Shown piece by piece: positions 1-12,773 of a stretch of DNA of 64,000 nt. Position 1 is the first letter of the stretch. The number at the start of each line of letters is the position of its first letter. Where the stretch lies: contig JAMDHS010000012.1 in assembly GCA_029717555.1 (NCBI GenBank), positions 62,001 through 126,000 on the forward strand, read 5' to 3'. The translations under genes and the position numbers were made by a program. The notes below the pieces were generated by a model. The model saw only the letters and a list, made by a program, of their open reading frames with translations, ran no database searches and had not been told where the DNA came from. Source of the DNA: Peribolospora baueri (taxonomy: Eukaryota).

Positions 1-1145
1 ATCCTCCTCTACCTGTCATGTTTTCTTGCGGAACGTTCACATCACATCCAACCCTTCCCTTCTTTCCTTCCCGCTCGTATCGCGCCACATCACACGAGAG
101 TCTCGTCCGTCGCGATTAGCGAGCGCCAAGGACAAGGACGTCCGATGTGATCCGATAGCGTGACGTGCGTCGTGGGGTTGGGAGTGGGAGCTGCTGGACT
201 GGCGAGCGACTGACGGACGGATGGACGGACATGTCTTTCGTATCACAACCAACCAGCCAACAACCAGCTAGCCAACCAGCCGGCCAGACAGACAAAATAG
301 ACGTGTTCGAATTCAGGGAGGGGGGTTAGGACGAAGAGTGTATTAAGCAGAAGGCGTTGCAGGGTTGTGGGCGTACTCGACTCGAACTCGAACTCGACTC
401 GTAGACAGGGGCGTTAAAGCTACATGCGTGCATGCTAGCGTAAGAGGGCAAGCGGAAAAGGAGGAAGGAAGGAGTCAAACACGGGGCGGGGATAGGCTAG
501 AGGAGGCAAGTGGACGGATGGACGCGAGGGGTGAGAGGGGGGGGTTAGGGGAAGCGGTAAGGTTTGACCGACCGCGACGAGGAGAGCCCCTGAAGTGAAG
601 TGAATGCCCCTGGGGCCTTGAGGCCAGGCCTGCCTGGGATGGGACAAGACTAAAGTGAAGAAAAAAAAAAGAGTAGACGAAAATGGGTTTCGTGATACGT
701 AACTAGGTGACTACGAGTGCGGGCGAAGGGAAGGGACGCGGCCCGATCCAAAGGATCAGGAGGAGACGGGGGGCGTACGGGAAGGAAAGAGCATAGCGGG
801 GAGAAAGGCGGGCACTGGACGAGAGAGAGGACACAAGAGCGGGGGCACAGGGGAACGGCAGCATAGATCGGGGAAAGGATAGGAAGGACGAATGGCACAA
901 GAAGGGGAGGCAGAGCAAATCTCGCGGACGAAAAATGGGCGACGGGCGCGCCCAAGTAAAAAATAAACTGACCGTGCCGGCGCGAGCAGATGGGGTACGG
1001 CGGGGCGGCAGCTCGAAGGGTCAAATCAAAGAAAGGACGCCGCCTCGGGCGCGGGGGGTGAATGAATGACGAATGGGAGCCATTAAAAGACGGGGTCGAA
1101 AAGGGGGGAAATAAAAGATGGGAGAAAAGGGGGTGTGAAACCGGT

Positions 1146-2211
1146 TCAACACAAGATGGCGTCCAGGCCAGTCTTGGCGACGCTGTCGCCGGGGAGACAC
1201 TTGCTCGAGCTCCTCGGCCTGCCGGTGCCCAGGCTGGACCTCCGGCCGCCCGTGCTGCCGGCGGGCGTAGCGGCGACTCCGGCGGGCGAGACCGAGCAGC
1301 CCGAGCCGCTGCTCGAAGGCAAGGAGCCCCGACGACCGGCAATGGTCACCGCGGCGGCAGCGGCGGCCGCTGTGGCCGCTTCAAAGGTGAGGTCTTGCAG
1401 GCTCGTCCTGCGGCCACTGCTACGAGGGCGTCGGGAGAAGGAAGAGGAAAAGTAGTCGCTCGTGCCGGCGACGCCGCTGACCCAGGTGGCCTTCGTCGGG
1501 AGAGCCGAGCTGGACTGATATCGACCGGGCATGCTAGGTCGGGAGCGTATGGCGGGAGGAGAGGGATTGGAGGGTGTGATCGCGGGCGAAGGGGCCGAGT
1601 GCGAACTCACGGGCCTCGGCAGGGAGGAGGGCGTGAACGGAGGTGAGCAGTCACCGGACCCTCCGCCGGCCCGCCGACGACCCGCGGAGGGCGGCGGCGA
1701 GCTGGTCGCGTCGGAGCCGGAACCCGAGCCAGAGTTGCCGTACTCATCACCGTCTTCCCTCTTGACCCGATCCGCATTCGAGGCATCGACACGACGAGGC
1801 AACCTACGAGGGTCGCCGCCGGTCACTTGACGAAGGGAGGCGTCCCCGTCGCGGTCGAAGGTGCGATCGACGTCCATCTTCTCTTCGTCGTCTTTGCCGC
1901 CGCCGCCGGCCTTGGGGTCCTTGCCTCTCTCCCGCTCGCCTCCCCCACCACCATCGCCCTCCTCCTCCTCTCGTTTCCGCTTCTCGCCCCTGGGAGGCGG
2001 GCGTCCATCGCTGGAGTGGTGCGAGTTGGGGGACCCTCCATGGCCACCACGACGACCCTTTCCGTCGTCGTCCTCGAGCCGACGACCGGCGCCCTCCTCC
2101 TCGATGTCGCTCATGTCGCGAACCTCCCTCTCCGACGCCTTCTCACGCGTCTGCTTTTGCGACGACGACAACGAGTCGCGATCGGCGCTACCGGGAGCGC
2201 TGCTGCGAGCA

Positions 2212-2246
<35 letters not shown>

Positions 2247-5200
2247 CGAAAGCGACGGCGGACGAGGAGCGGGAGCGGCCGGAGGGGGCAGGGGGTGCAG
2301 GAAGACGCCGGAGCTGAAGGTGCCGGAGACGACTCCGCTGGCGGCGCCGGTGAACGTGCGCGACGAAGACTGTTGTTCCGGCGAGCGAGCGAAGGCAGCG
2401 GCGGCCTTGTCATGACCTCCATCCATCCGAGCGGCGTCGTCGTGGGAGCGTCTGAAAGGAGGCAGACGGGGTCTATCAAAGTCCCTGTCGCGGGCGTCGA
2501 CGACTGCGCCGGCGGACCACTCCCTAGAGTGCATCGGCGGCGAGACGGGACGGAAGGATGAGGAGGGCCCGGAGTGGATGCGGGTGTGGAAACGCTCTTC
2601 TTGCGAGGCACCGGGCGACGACTGGAAGGGATGAACGGGACCGGAGAAAGGGTGGGAGGGCGGATAGCCGTACCTTGCGTCGGCAACCCTAGCCGAGTGC
2701 GAATGCTGTCGGGGCGAAGGGGCGGTGTGGGCAGAGGCGTTAGAAGGCGCGGGAGAAGAAAGCGGCGCCACAGGTGGTCCCCCTTGCTGCTGCTGTGGAT
2801 ACGGGCCCTCGACGGAAGACGCCGACGACGCGCCTACGGGCGGCGGCGCGGCGTGCGAAGGACGAGGAGCGGGAGAGGGCCTATCGGTGTGGAAACGCTG
2901 GATGGGAGGAAGGGAGAAGGCGGGTTGCGAAGCCGGCGGCGTCGGGTTCGCGGACACGGGAGGACGGGCATGAGAGGAGGGCACGAGCGAGGTCGTATGC
3001 ATAGGACCGACGTGAGGCGCCGACGGCTCCGGTCTGGCCGGGTGCGACGGACGTGGAGCGCCCGGCTGAGGAGAAGGACCAGGATAGGAGCCATGCTGAT
3101 GCGACGGAGGCGGAGGATAGCCGGGCGAACGCGGGTCAATGGCCGCCGCCGCCGTCGTGGTGGTGGTGGTGGGAGCTGCGGGGGGAGGAGGACCGTTGCG
3201 AGGAGGGACTTGAGAATGCGTCGGAGCGTTTCCGGGAGCGTAGCCCATGAGCTGCTGATAGCGGATGTTGCGGATGTGGGCCAGGTCCGGAGGCTCCCCC
3301 GTCTCGTTGTCTCCGCCTGTCAGACGGACCATCTTGGCGACGACGTAAGCCTTCTCGAGCGTCTCAGGCCGGTACAAGTCGGCGCCAAAACCTCCGCCGA
3401 TGTGCAGCTGGATGCTCCACCAGTCCCACTTGCCGCTACGCTGCCTTAACCTCATGCGCTCTGTGACCCAGACGGTGCCGTTGGCAGGCACCTCGAGGGC
3501 TTGGAAAGGCGATCCAAGGACGGTGCGAGCGGAGGCGGGCACGACCTGGGGACGAATGCCGATGGGCGAGAGGAGGGCGGAAAGAAGAGCGGTGAGCGCC
3601 TGGTCGTCGTCCGGGTGGAGAAGGGAGAAGAGCGAGGTCTCGAGAAGCTCGGTGGGATAGAAACCGAGAAGGGCGAGGGAGGACTGGGAGATGCGAGCGA
3701 GGGAAAGCGTGGTGGACAGGATGATGGTGACCGTCGACGCCGGGTCGGACGGCGTCGCAGGCCGATGCCTCGTGACGGGCCCGGTGGGAGGGAGAGGGGC
3801 AGAAGACGCCTGTCCTTGGGCATGCGCTTGCACCTGATCAGCGGGAGGCGGAAGATCGCCGGGGCCTTGCGGATGGACGGGTGTCAGCGGCCTTTCGGAT
3901 GGTGGCAGACCCGAGCCGCCACTGAAAGATCTGACCGGCGGACGGACAGGGTCCTGTTCGACCGGGTTGTATACGACGGCGGCGGCCGAGATGCTGCGAC
4001 TGTGTGGCTGCATGGGCTCGCCCCTCGGTCCATCCCATCCTGATCCTGGAACGGACATCTGTTGGGATGACGTCCTGGCTGCCACCGTTTCCCGCGCATG
4101 ATGTGGTCTCTGAAGGGGTGGAGAATAAAAGTCGGCGAACTCGGTGCGCTGGTCGGCGGGATGGACGGGGTACGTTCCCGCGGGGCCCATCATGGGTGGC
4201 GGTGTGTCGGAGTGGGAAAAGCCGTTATAGGAGGGCATGTGAGGCGCCTGAGGCGGCATATTTGCCGTGGCGAGAGGGACTGTGGCGGCGTTGAAAGCTC
4301 CGGCGGCGGCCTCCTTGTCCTTGAGTCTCGGTCGACCTCGCTTCTTGTGCTAAAAAGCGCGAAACGAACAGAGACGACGACGACAGCGACAACGACGACG
4401 TTCGAATGAGCGGCCACATCCTCGATCCCTGTCGGGCGCAAAAGTCGGATGGGAAGAAGGATACGTACCTGAACGTCATAGCAAGTCGCGCTCTTGCCGA
4501 GGTTGACGCAACGATGGCAAGGGCGAGACACTGTCGGCGGTCGGCGGGACGCACGGAGAACGATGAACGACGAACAGGTCAGCGGAGCCAAAGCCTTCCC
4601 AACGTCCCCGGCGCTCCCCGACCAAATAGAAATAAAACAAAAAGAGCAAGGGACGATGGGTTACGACTTGAGATGTCAGACATGAGCAACTCACCATCGC
4701 AGGCCAGGTGGGCCTTCTTACAATTCAAACACGCGCTCGGGACGTGGCTCTTTGCCGTCTTGCGGGGCGGGCCGCCAAGCATGCGCGTCGTGGCGTCGGC
4801 GGAGACGGAAGAGGCGATCGAAGCGCTGGCGCTGCCACCACCACCGCTGCCACTACCACCACCGCTGCCGTGGACGACGAGGGCGTCGTCGGCGACAGGA
4901 GGACGATGGTGCGGGAGCGGGTGCGGCTGGGCGGGCGCCATCATGCCCGGTGGAGCAGGGGCTCTTGGCGGGAGGACAGCTGGGGGACCTCTGTCAGCGA
5001 TACCCGTCGGCAGCGGCGGCTGACCGGGGGCACGCGAGTGCGAAGGCGGCGGGTATGGAGCAGAAGCGGGGTAGAGCCCGTCTGCGGCGGCAGCAGCCCT
5101 GAAAAAGGCTTCGTGCGGGGGGCGAGAAGAAGAGGAAGGAGGAACTCCGTCGGCCATGACGGGCGTCGCGGGAGCGGAGATGACCGAGGGCGAGCGCGTG

Positions 5201-5913
5201 TCGCCGGCGCGCGAAGCCGGTCCGGACGTGTTGGCGGAAGAGGAGCCGGCGCTTGCATCGCCCTCGGCGACGGTCGTGACAGCGCCGTTGACGTTCCCAT
5301 CCGCCGTCGCGCCTGACGGGGGATGATAAGCGTAAGGGTTGGGCTTGCCAGCGTGAGCGGGGAACCTAGGCGAGAGGTGGTCGCGGCGGAAGGAGGAGGA
5401 GGGCGGGGGCCGAGGGATGGCGGAGGGGTAATACGGCGGGGGGGGCGGGCTCTCTGGGGCGCCGACGAGGGGCTGCTGCTGCTGTGGTGGGGGCGGATGT
5501 GCGGTTGGAGAGAAGGACTCGGGTAGGTAGGAGGCGCGATGGTGGAGTGCAGGAGAGGGGTCGTGGGGCGCTTGGTTGGGGTACGGGTGGTAAGCAGCAG
5601 AGGGGGGTCGATGGGGGTCGGCGTAGTCGTACTGCTGCTGTTGCGGGTGGCCATGCGGCGGCGGCTGGGGAGGGTGATGGTGAGGGTGAGTGTAAGGGTG
5701 GTGAGGATAAGGGGCGGAATGGCGTTCGTAAGGATGAGGGGCGTCGGCGTCGTATCGGACGACGCGTGGCGGCGACGGGCGGCGGGAGTGGCGGTCGTGC
5801 GACGACGGATGGGCCGAGCTCGAGCTCCCGGGACCGGGACCGGGGCCGTGGTCAGGCCTAGGAACGCGAACGTCGTCCCTGACCGACGGTGGGTGTTCGC
5901 GAAGGTGGCGCAT
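1146..5913 (-). CDS. Zn(II)2Cys6 binuclear-cluster transcription factor with PAS-like domain and long Pro/His/Ser-rich low-complexity regions (about 1494 aa, 3 exons)
   Basis: Exons 5913-4695, 4530-4469 and 4349-1146 joined at GT-AG introns (GTGAGT..CAG; GTACGT..TAG) give SHVPSACLNCKKAHLACD-VSRPCHRCVNLGKSATCYDVQ-HKKRGRPR, a complete C6 cluster plus basic linker. Downstream PAS-like segment VTIILSTTLSLARISQSSLALLGFYPTELLETSLFSLLHPDD. Confidence 0.85.
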
Positions 5914-7063
5914 GGTCTGTTCTCAAGTCCTTTTCCTCGCCCTCGCCCTCGACCTTGTCCTTGTCCTGATCTTGACGTCGTCGTCCTGTCCTGGACCTCG
6001 ACGTCGTGCTCGCCGTGCGCTCGCTCGCGGTCTGTCCTGTCCTGTCCGTCTCTTGCGACAAGGGGCGCCGGCGCCGACGAAAGGGGAGGAAAGAAGCGGC
6101 GTGACGACGGCGACAAGAGGGGGGCGTGCGGAGAAAAGCGAGGCGCGGCGATGGATGGGTCGGCTGGACTGGGCTGGACGGGGTGCAGGGAGGATGGCGG
6201 CGGGAAAGGGAAAAGAAGGGAATCGGGGGATGGGATGGTGGGAGGGGAGGAGGCCGGGGCGGTGCGCGCGAGGGGGCGACGGCGACGGGGGGGTTGATTA
6301 AATGGCGGAGGGAGGAGGGCGGCGGATATAGGAGGAAGGCGCGGGCGGGGAGGGCGGAGGAGGATGGTCAGGAAAGGGATGGTCGGGGATGAGATGGGAT
6401 GGGCGAGAGGAGAAAATGAGGTGGGTGGGTGGGTAGAGTGAGTGGGCTCGAGGGAGGGCCAAGAAAAGAGAGGCAAGCAAGGTCGGATGATAGGAGCACG
6501 CGTCGAGTCGAGTCCAACGACAGACGACAATCCAACCGACAGACCGACAGACGACGAGCAGACGACGACGGATCGAGCCGAGCCGAGTCGAGTCGGAAGC
6601 AAGGGCGGGAGAAAGGGCGGAAAGGGCGGGGTGGCGATGATGAAGGTGGGACCAAGGGTGTGGGTGGACCTGACCTGGTCGACGACGACCCGTGTCCAAT
6701 TGTCCAACCGGCAGACGGAAGGGAAGAGAGGGGAAAAAAAGAAGAGGAAAGAGGAAGACGGACGGAGAGATGGAGGCAAAGGTGGTGCGATGCGGGTGTA
6801 TGTATGGTCGCGCGTGTGTGTGCGCGGAATGGGGGAGGGAAAACGGCGGTCGGTCGGGCGGTGTACGTGAACTATGAAAGAGTAGGCTTTGGGACTAGAG
6901 TAGGAAGAAAAGGCAGGCAGGAGCGAAAGGGAAAGCGCCGACGCGAGGGGGCGGCGGAGGGTGGTGGAGGGAGAGAAAGTAAAAGCGACGGCGGCGGGGG
7001 AGGGAGGTGTGGGAGAAGTGCAAGTGGATGCGATGCGAGTGGGAGATGAAGGAGATTGAGCGG

Positions 7064-7260
7064 ACAGGGACAGGGACAGGGACAGGGGCGAGGCAAGACA
7101 AGACAGGCAGCCAGGCAAATCAAGTCAAGCCAAGGAAAGACAAGACAAGACAAGACGGACGAAACGAGACTAGACAGAACCGCCGCCCACCGCCCATGCC
7201 GCGCTTGTCGAGGAGCCCTCGGCGACGGCAACGGGCAACGGGCAACGGGCAACGGCACGG
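7064..7260. repeat. Cluster of short tandem repeats: (GGGACA)n, (CAAGA)n, (GGGCAAC)n
   Basis: Visible runs ggacagggacagggacagggacag, agacaagacaagacaagac and ggcaacgggcaacgggcaacgggcaac. Confidence 0.8.
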
Positions 7261-10200
7261 CGGCGCGACGGGTACAGACAGACAGACAGCCAATGCAAGC
7301 GAGCCAAAAGCGCTGGTCAGATGGCTCTGCTCCTCTCTGCTCTCGCTTGCGATCGGGTCGAATATCGCGTCGATCGACTGGGGCCGTGGTGGAGAGAGAC
7401 AGACAGTAAGCGAAGCGAAGGCGTGACGTGACGGCGCACGGCGGAGCGGAGCAGAGCGGAGCGCCCAACCGTTCGTTCCTTTTCTCTTCCCGCTCCCGCT
7501 CGCCGCATTCCTGCAGCGATCTAACTAAATTTCTCCTCGGGACACGGGCGACGGGAGCAGAGACAGACACAGGACGAACGGGGACAAGGCAAACCGAGGA
7601 GCCGAGGCGGCCGAAAGCGGGTAGGCGGGCGGGCCGGGGAAGGAGGGAGATCGATGTGCGTTATGTGGGTGCGAGCTATAATTTGGCGATCGAAGCGAGC
7701 GGCGGGTCCATGCATGCCATGTCTTTGACTTGGACGGCACATCACTCCGCTCGCCTCGCCGCACCACCACAAGCACAAGCACCACTCCCGCCAGTCTCGC
7801 ATCGCGTTTCGGGGCGCAGCGCACAGCACAGGGAAAATCGATCCGAGACGAGACGGGTCAGGGCTCGCATCGGCCACACAGCCTTATCTGTCTGCGCCGC
7901 CAGTCAGTCAGTCACATCGGGTCGCTCGCTGCTGGGGCGGGGAGGCGGAGATTAGAGGGAGCGGATGCGCACGCACACACGCACACACGCACGCACGCAT
8001 GTCCGCCGGGGACCGGTGGACGGTGGGAAAGTTCGGGCGGAGGAACGGACAGATTGTGGGAAGGAGGGAGGGACGACGACGACGATGACAGTCCCCTCGT
8101 GGTGAGGGCGGAGAAGCAACGAGAGAGTGTCGACACACTCTGCCCTCGTCTACGTCTGTGTCTGCGCTGGGCTGCGCGCCCTGTTCTGTTCCCTTTTCGA
8201 GCCCACCCTGGCCATGTCATGGCCTCGCTCGCGGTGGATAAATAAACCGTCGGCGTGGGTGTGGCGTCGCGTGGCGTTGCGGTTTTTTTCTTCCTTTTCT
8301 CTTCTTTATTATTATCTCGGCTCGGAGGGAGGGACGGACGGGTGAAAACGGAGGAAACGAACCAAAGATGGAAAGGCGTCGGCTGGCCGGCGTAGAGGGG
8401 GAAAACAAGGAAGGCGGAGAGCGGCGAGAAAGGGCAAGAGAAAGCGAAAACGACAAAACGGATAAGGAGTGCCGGAGCGGGAAGTAAGCAGGTGCAATAA
8501 AAGGCGGGCCCTCTGCTCCCGCTTAGCGCTTAGCGTCGGCTCGGCAGCAATCACACGGCGAAACCCAGCCGACCGGTTCGTTGCCGCCTGATAAACTCCT
8601 AAACTCTGGCCGGCCGGAGGGGAAGCCACGCGGCGCCGTCCCGTCCCGCGACCGGTGGCTCCACGACGACGCGAACGTTGTCGTCGTAGCGTAGCGCCCC
8701 CTTGGCTGCATCCCGCCCAACGTCCACCCGCTCGCCCGTCACAAGTCAGTGAACCTCCGCTCGTCCGTTCCCCCCTTTCCCCTCCCCGTGTGGGAGCGAG
8801 CACGTCATCGACCGACCACAGCACGGTACGGTACGTTACGTTAGGTTACCGCATATCACCTCCTCATCTCGACCGACCGACCCTTCCCAGCATTTCGCAT
8901 CGGACTGCACTGCATATGCAGGCAAAAAAAAAACAAAAAAAAACAAAAAACAAACCATCGACGAGCGACGAGCGACAAGCGGACCGGACGCGAGACGCAA
9001 CGCGTTTCCTCCTTTGCTCCGAGCGCGCAGGCGGCGGACAGAGATGAAAAACGGGGTGGGACGGGGCGACGAGCGAACGAGTGAACGCCGCATACATGGA
9101 GGTCGGCCGGTCGGCCATGAATGGGACGAGTGATCAGATCAGGTCAGTCGATCCATCCCTGTCCTTCCTTGCCGTCGTCGTCGTTGTCGTCGTCGTCGTA
9201 TCGGGATCATTCGTCACGCGACACGGCGAAGCGAGCGACAAAAAAAAAGAAAGGATTCTTGTCCCCGGCCAGCGTGCGACCGGTTCGGTTGAATAGAATA
9301 CAGGAAACTACGGGACGACCGGAACGACGGGGGCGGTCGACGCTTCCTTCCGGTCGTCCGTCGGGACCCTTGCCTGAGACATGTGGCGCCACGACAGCGG
9401 CGGCACCGACCGAGGGCGTCCGTCATCCTCCGTCCGATCCAAGCCCGTCCAAGCACCAAGCGAAAAACGCGCCTTCCTTCCGCCTCTGCATTTCCGACTC
9501 GAGGGAATTTTCTCGTCGTCTTCACGGCACCACACACGGTTCCGACGAAGAAAGCGTCCGCCGATGGACCCTCGCGGCGGTGGGAGCGAGCGAGCCACGC
9601 GCTTCTTCCGCCGTTCGCGCCACGGCACTGCTCGCTGGACGGGGAGGAGCGTTCGTCGTCTCTGTCGTGGCCGGCCCATCATCGCTCCACCGCGTTTTCT
9701 CGTCCCTTCAAACGGCTGTCATGCCGTGTCGTTCGTTCGTGCGTTCGTCGTGCACCCCATCGGTGCTGTCCCATGCAGAACATACATTTGCGCGTATCCT
9801 CGCTGCCTCCGTGTCGCCCGTTTTGTGCGCGGACGGAGGGCCGTCGTCGCCAATTCGCCTTCAAAGTGACGTTTGAGATTCCCAGGTTTCGCTTGCCTGT
9901 CGTGTATGTGCGCATACGTACATGGTGCGCGCTCGTTCGCCTCGTATGGATGGCATAGCATGGCCTGGCCGTCATCAGTTGGGTACACGTACGACAGCGC
10001 CGCGGGTGGGAAGTGGGGAGAGATGGAAAGGATCGGGATCTCCTCCTTGGCCACCATCTTAACCATACCACTAGTGGTCAGATGGCAGATCGTTCGCCTT
10101 GACGCTCGGCGACGCGGCCGCGGCTGGGAGACGGAGCGGCAGCAGGGCTTGACAGGGATGGTGCGTGTGGAGAATCCTCGATTTGCTTTCGCAAATCGTC

Positions 10201-11302
10201 GCTTCGCACGCCCTTCGATCTTGGACAGCACCTCGCTCGTCTCGCCGCGTCGACAGGGCACCTCGAAGCGATCTCTGATCTGCCGCCTCCTTCGTCCGAC
10301 GATCTTCCACGCCGGGCACGCCGGGCACCTTTGTCAGCGACGGGACACGCCCACTTCATCAGGTCGGCCGGCCCCTTTCGTTCTCGGAACGGAGCGGGGG
10401 GAGGGGCGGAAATGAATCGACACCGTGCCCCCCATCTCATGCCGACGACCGCGTCACGTCCGGAGAACCTTGTCGCCCCTGGAGATTTCATGTCACTTCA
10501 ACCCTGGTTTGTCCAACCCGCCGCCCGAAGCGAGCCGTCGTTCCATTGCGTCGATACTTTGCGTCGGACTTTTAAAAAGTCTTATCATGATTTGATCGGC
10601 CGCCAACGTTGCTTCGAGCGGCTGGCTCCCTGAATTCGCGTGGAGCCGAGACTCTCCTTGGTTACACCACGCTGCGCACTCGTTCGTTATTTCCCCGACC
10701 GGGACGCTATGACGAATACGACTGGTAGTTTAAACGAACCAATGAGATTCGTGCGCATAACCTCGGCTAGTTTGTGACGTGAGAGCGCCTGAGAACGAAC
10801 GAGGACTAGCTACTTACCCACCCGGCGGCGAGGCGGTGCGCGAACGAAGGGGACGCCTAGTTATGAGCGCGGAAGATGTATAACGCCGGCGACGTCGACC
10901 TGGCCAGAGCGTTGTGAGACAGCCGTCCGTCCACCCGCCTCTCTCTGTCTCTGTCTCTCTCTCTCTTTGTCGAGCCATAAGGACGTCCCCATACGCTCGC
11001 TGCCACTGACCGGCCCGTCTTCTGCGCTGCGTTGCTCGTGTTGTATTGCGTTACATAATGTTGCGCAGCCGACACGGCCTCGCCTCGCGCGGCGAGGATC
11101 GCGTTTCCCCAACAAGTAAGCAAGACAAGTACTCGCCAAGGTCGGGGTCGGAGAAACGAGATGAGCACACAGGGTTGGGCGGCACGTCGGGATTGAGCAA
11201 ACACGCGGTGTCGGAGCCAGCGGCCGTTGACGTTGAATCGCGAGCACGCTGTCGAACCTAAGCGTGGAGAGCCCGTTGGGCCTGAATCTGTTCATAGTTT
11301 GG

Positions 11303-11353
11303 GTCAGTCAGTCAGTCAGTCAGTCAGTCAGTCAGTCAGTCAGTCAGTCAGTC
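11303..11353. repeat. (GTCA)12 tetranucleotide microsatellite
   Basis: Perfect GTCA tandem run 11303-11350 plus a partial unit. Confidence 0.95.
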
Positions 11354-12308
11354 GATCGGTCGGTTGGTCGGTCGGACGATCCGCATCGCCTTGCGCCTCT
11401 CGCTGCACGCCGCGATTGCTCTCAGCTCGTCATCGTCGTCGTTGCCGTTTCGAGCACCGGCGGTGACGGCCCACGGACGGGGTTGTTGTGCGTGTCAAAT
11501 GTCCGATCGACGACGGGCCATTTGCGGACCTGAGCCTCCGCTCTGGCGTGGGAAGGACCGCGAGCGTGGAAGGCCGAGGCGGGCGGTGGCCACGCCCGGA
11601 CCCTCCAACGTTCGCCGGTACATTGAACCTACTGTGCTTACAAGACAAAGCGCCCGAGTCGCATTTGCGATCTCCTCGCCTCGGCTCGTCCAAGCCATCG
11701 AATACAGGTCGGATGAACCAGCGTCGCTCTTGTCGACCCACCACCAGTCTGTCGTCCTCCCTAGGACACCACCCGTTGCACAACCTTCGTCCGCCGTCCA
11801 AATCATCCGCACCGCATAAAGTTAAGGGACGTCCCAGACAATAGCGGTAGCGGCACCGAGCTCGCTGGCTTGGTTACTCCACCCCTCTTCCGTCCTGGCG
11901 CGAGCGGCATTGGGGCCACGAGTGTCGTGGACACTCGAGTCCATCGTACTCGAGTGCTACGCCATGATTTCTAATGCACCCGCGCGCGTCCCATCTCTCC
12001 TTTCACAACCGCATCTCCCTATTCGCAGACCAAGGCGGAGGGAGGAACATGCGCCACTTCTTTCATAATTTGACTCTCGGCCCAACTCGGGGCCGTCGCC
12101 GGTGTGGAGGCTCGCAAGGTATAGACGTCGTCTTCTTTGCGGCCGCGGAGAACGTGAATTTGCGCTGCCCAGAGTGTCACTGGTCAGGGAGGGCAAGGCA
12201 GGAAAGAGAAGAGAGAGGATTCGACGTTGACTAGCACAGGGCCTCGGGCTATAAAGCTATAGAGCCAAGCCTAGCGGTGCGCCTTCATCATCCGTACTGG
12301 CTGCGGAA

Positions 12309-12773
12309 ATGTCGAGTCGCGACGTCCGAGACTGCTCGGCGTGCGTTCCGCCGAGTCAGTGGCGGGCATGGGACGTAACGTTGGCGAGTAGGACGGGTAA
12401 GTACTCGGATCGGAATGGCCTCCATGAAGGGGACCAGTATCCACCAAATCACAGCGCCCATGGTTTCTGGACGTAGCTAGATCCTGAGGGACGCCACCGC
12501 GGTGGAAGGCAGGAACGGACTTCGGAAGTAAAACGACCGAAAACGGGCCTGTCCAAGGGTAAAGAGGAAACAGTTAGAAGCCGTAAGGTGCGCGAGCCTC
12601 CGTCCGACCCAGACGACGACGCACCGCTCAAGCGCTCTCAAAAAATTGGCCGGCGACGATCGAGGCTGTGGGAACAACGGAGAAAGTGTGAGAAGAGGGA
12701 AGAAGAAGCCGTCAAGCTTGCTGCTAAAATGCGACATAGTCATCAGCGAGAGAAAACTGGAGGAACGAAATGA
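12309..12773 (+). CDS. Possible small basic orphan protein (2 exons, about 126 aa)
   Basis: TATAAA at about 12250, ATG 12309, GTAAGT donor at 12397, TAG acceptor ending 12480. The phase is compatible with the open frame ending TGA 12773. No recognisable domain; weak branch point. Confidence 0.25.

Noticed and set aside
4941..7118. 725-aa minus-strand ORF overlapping the transcription factor
   Set aside because: Low-complexity Pro/Ser/Leu translation of a pyrimidine-rich leader plus an alternate frame; non-ATG start.
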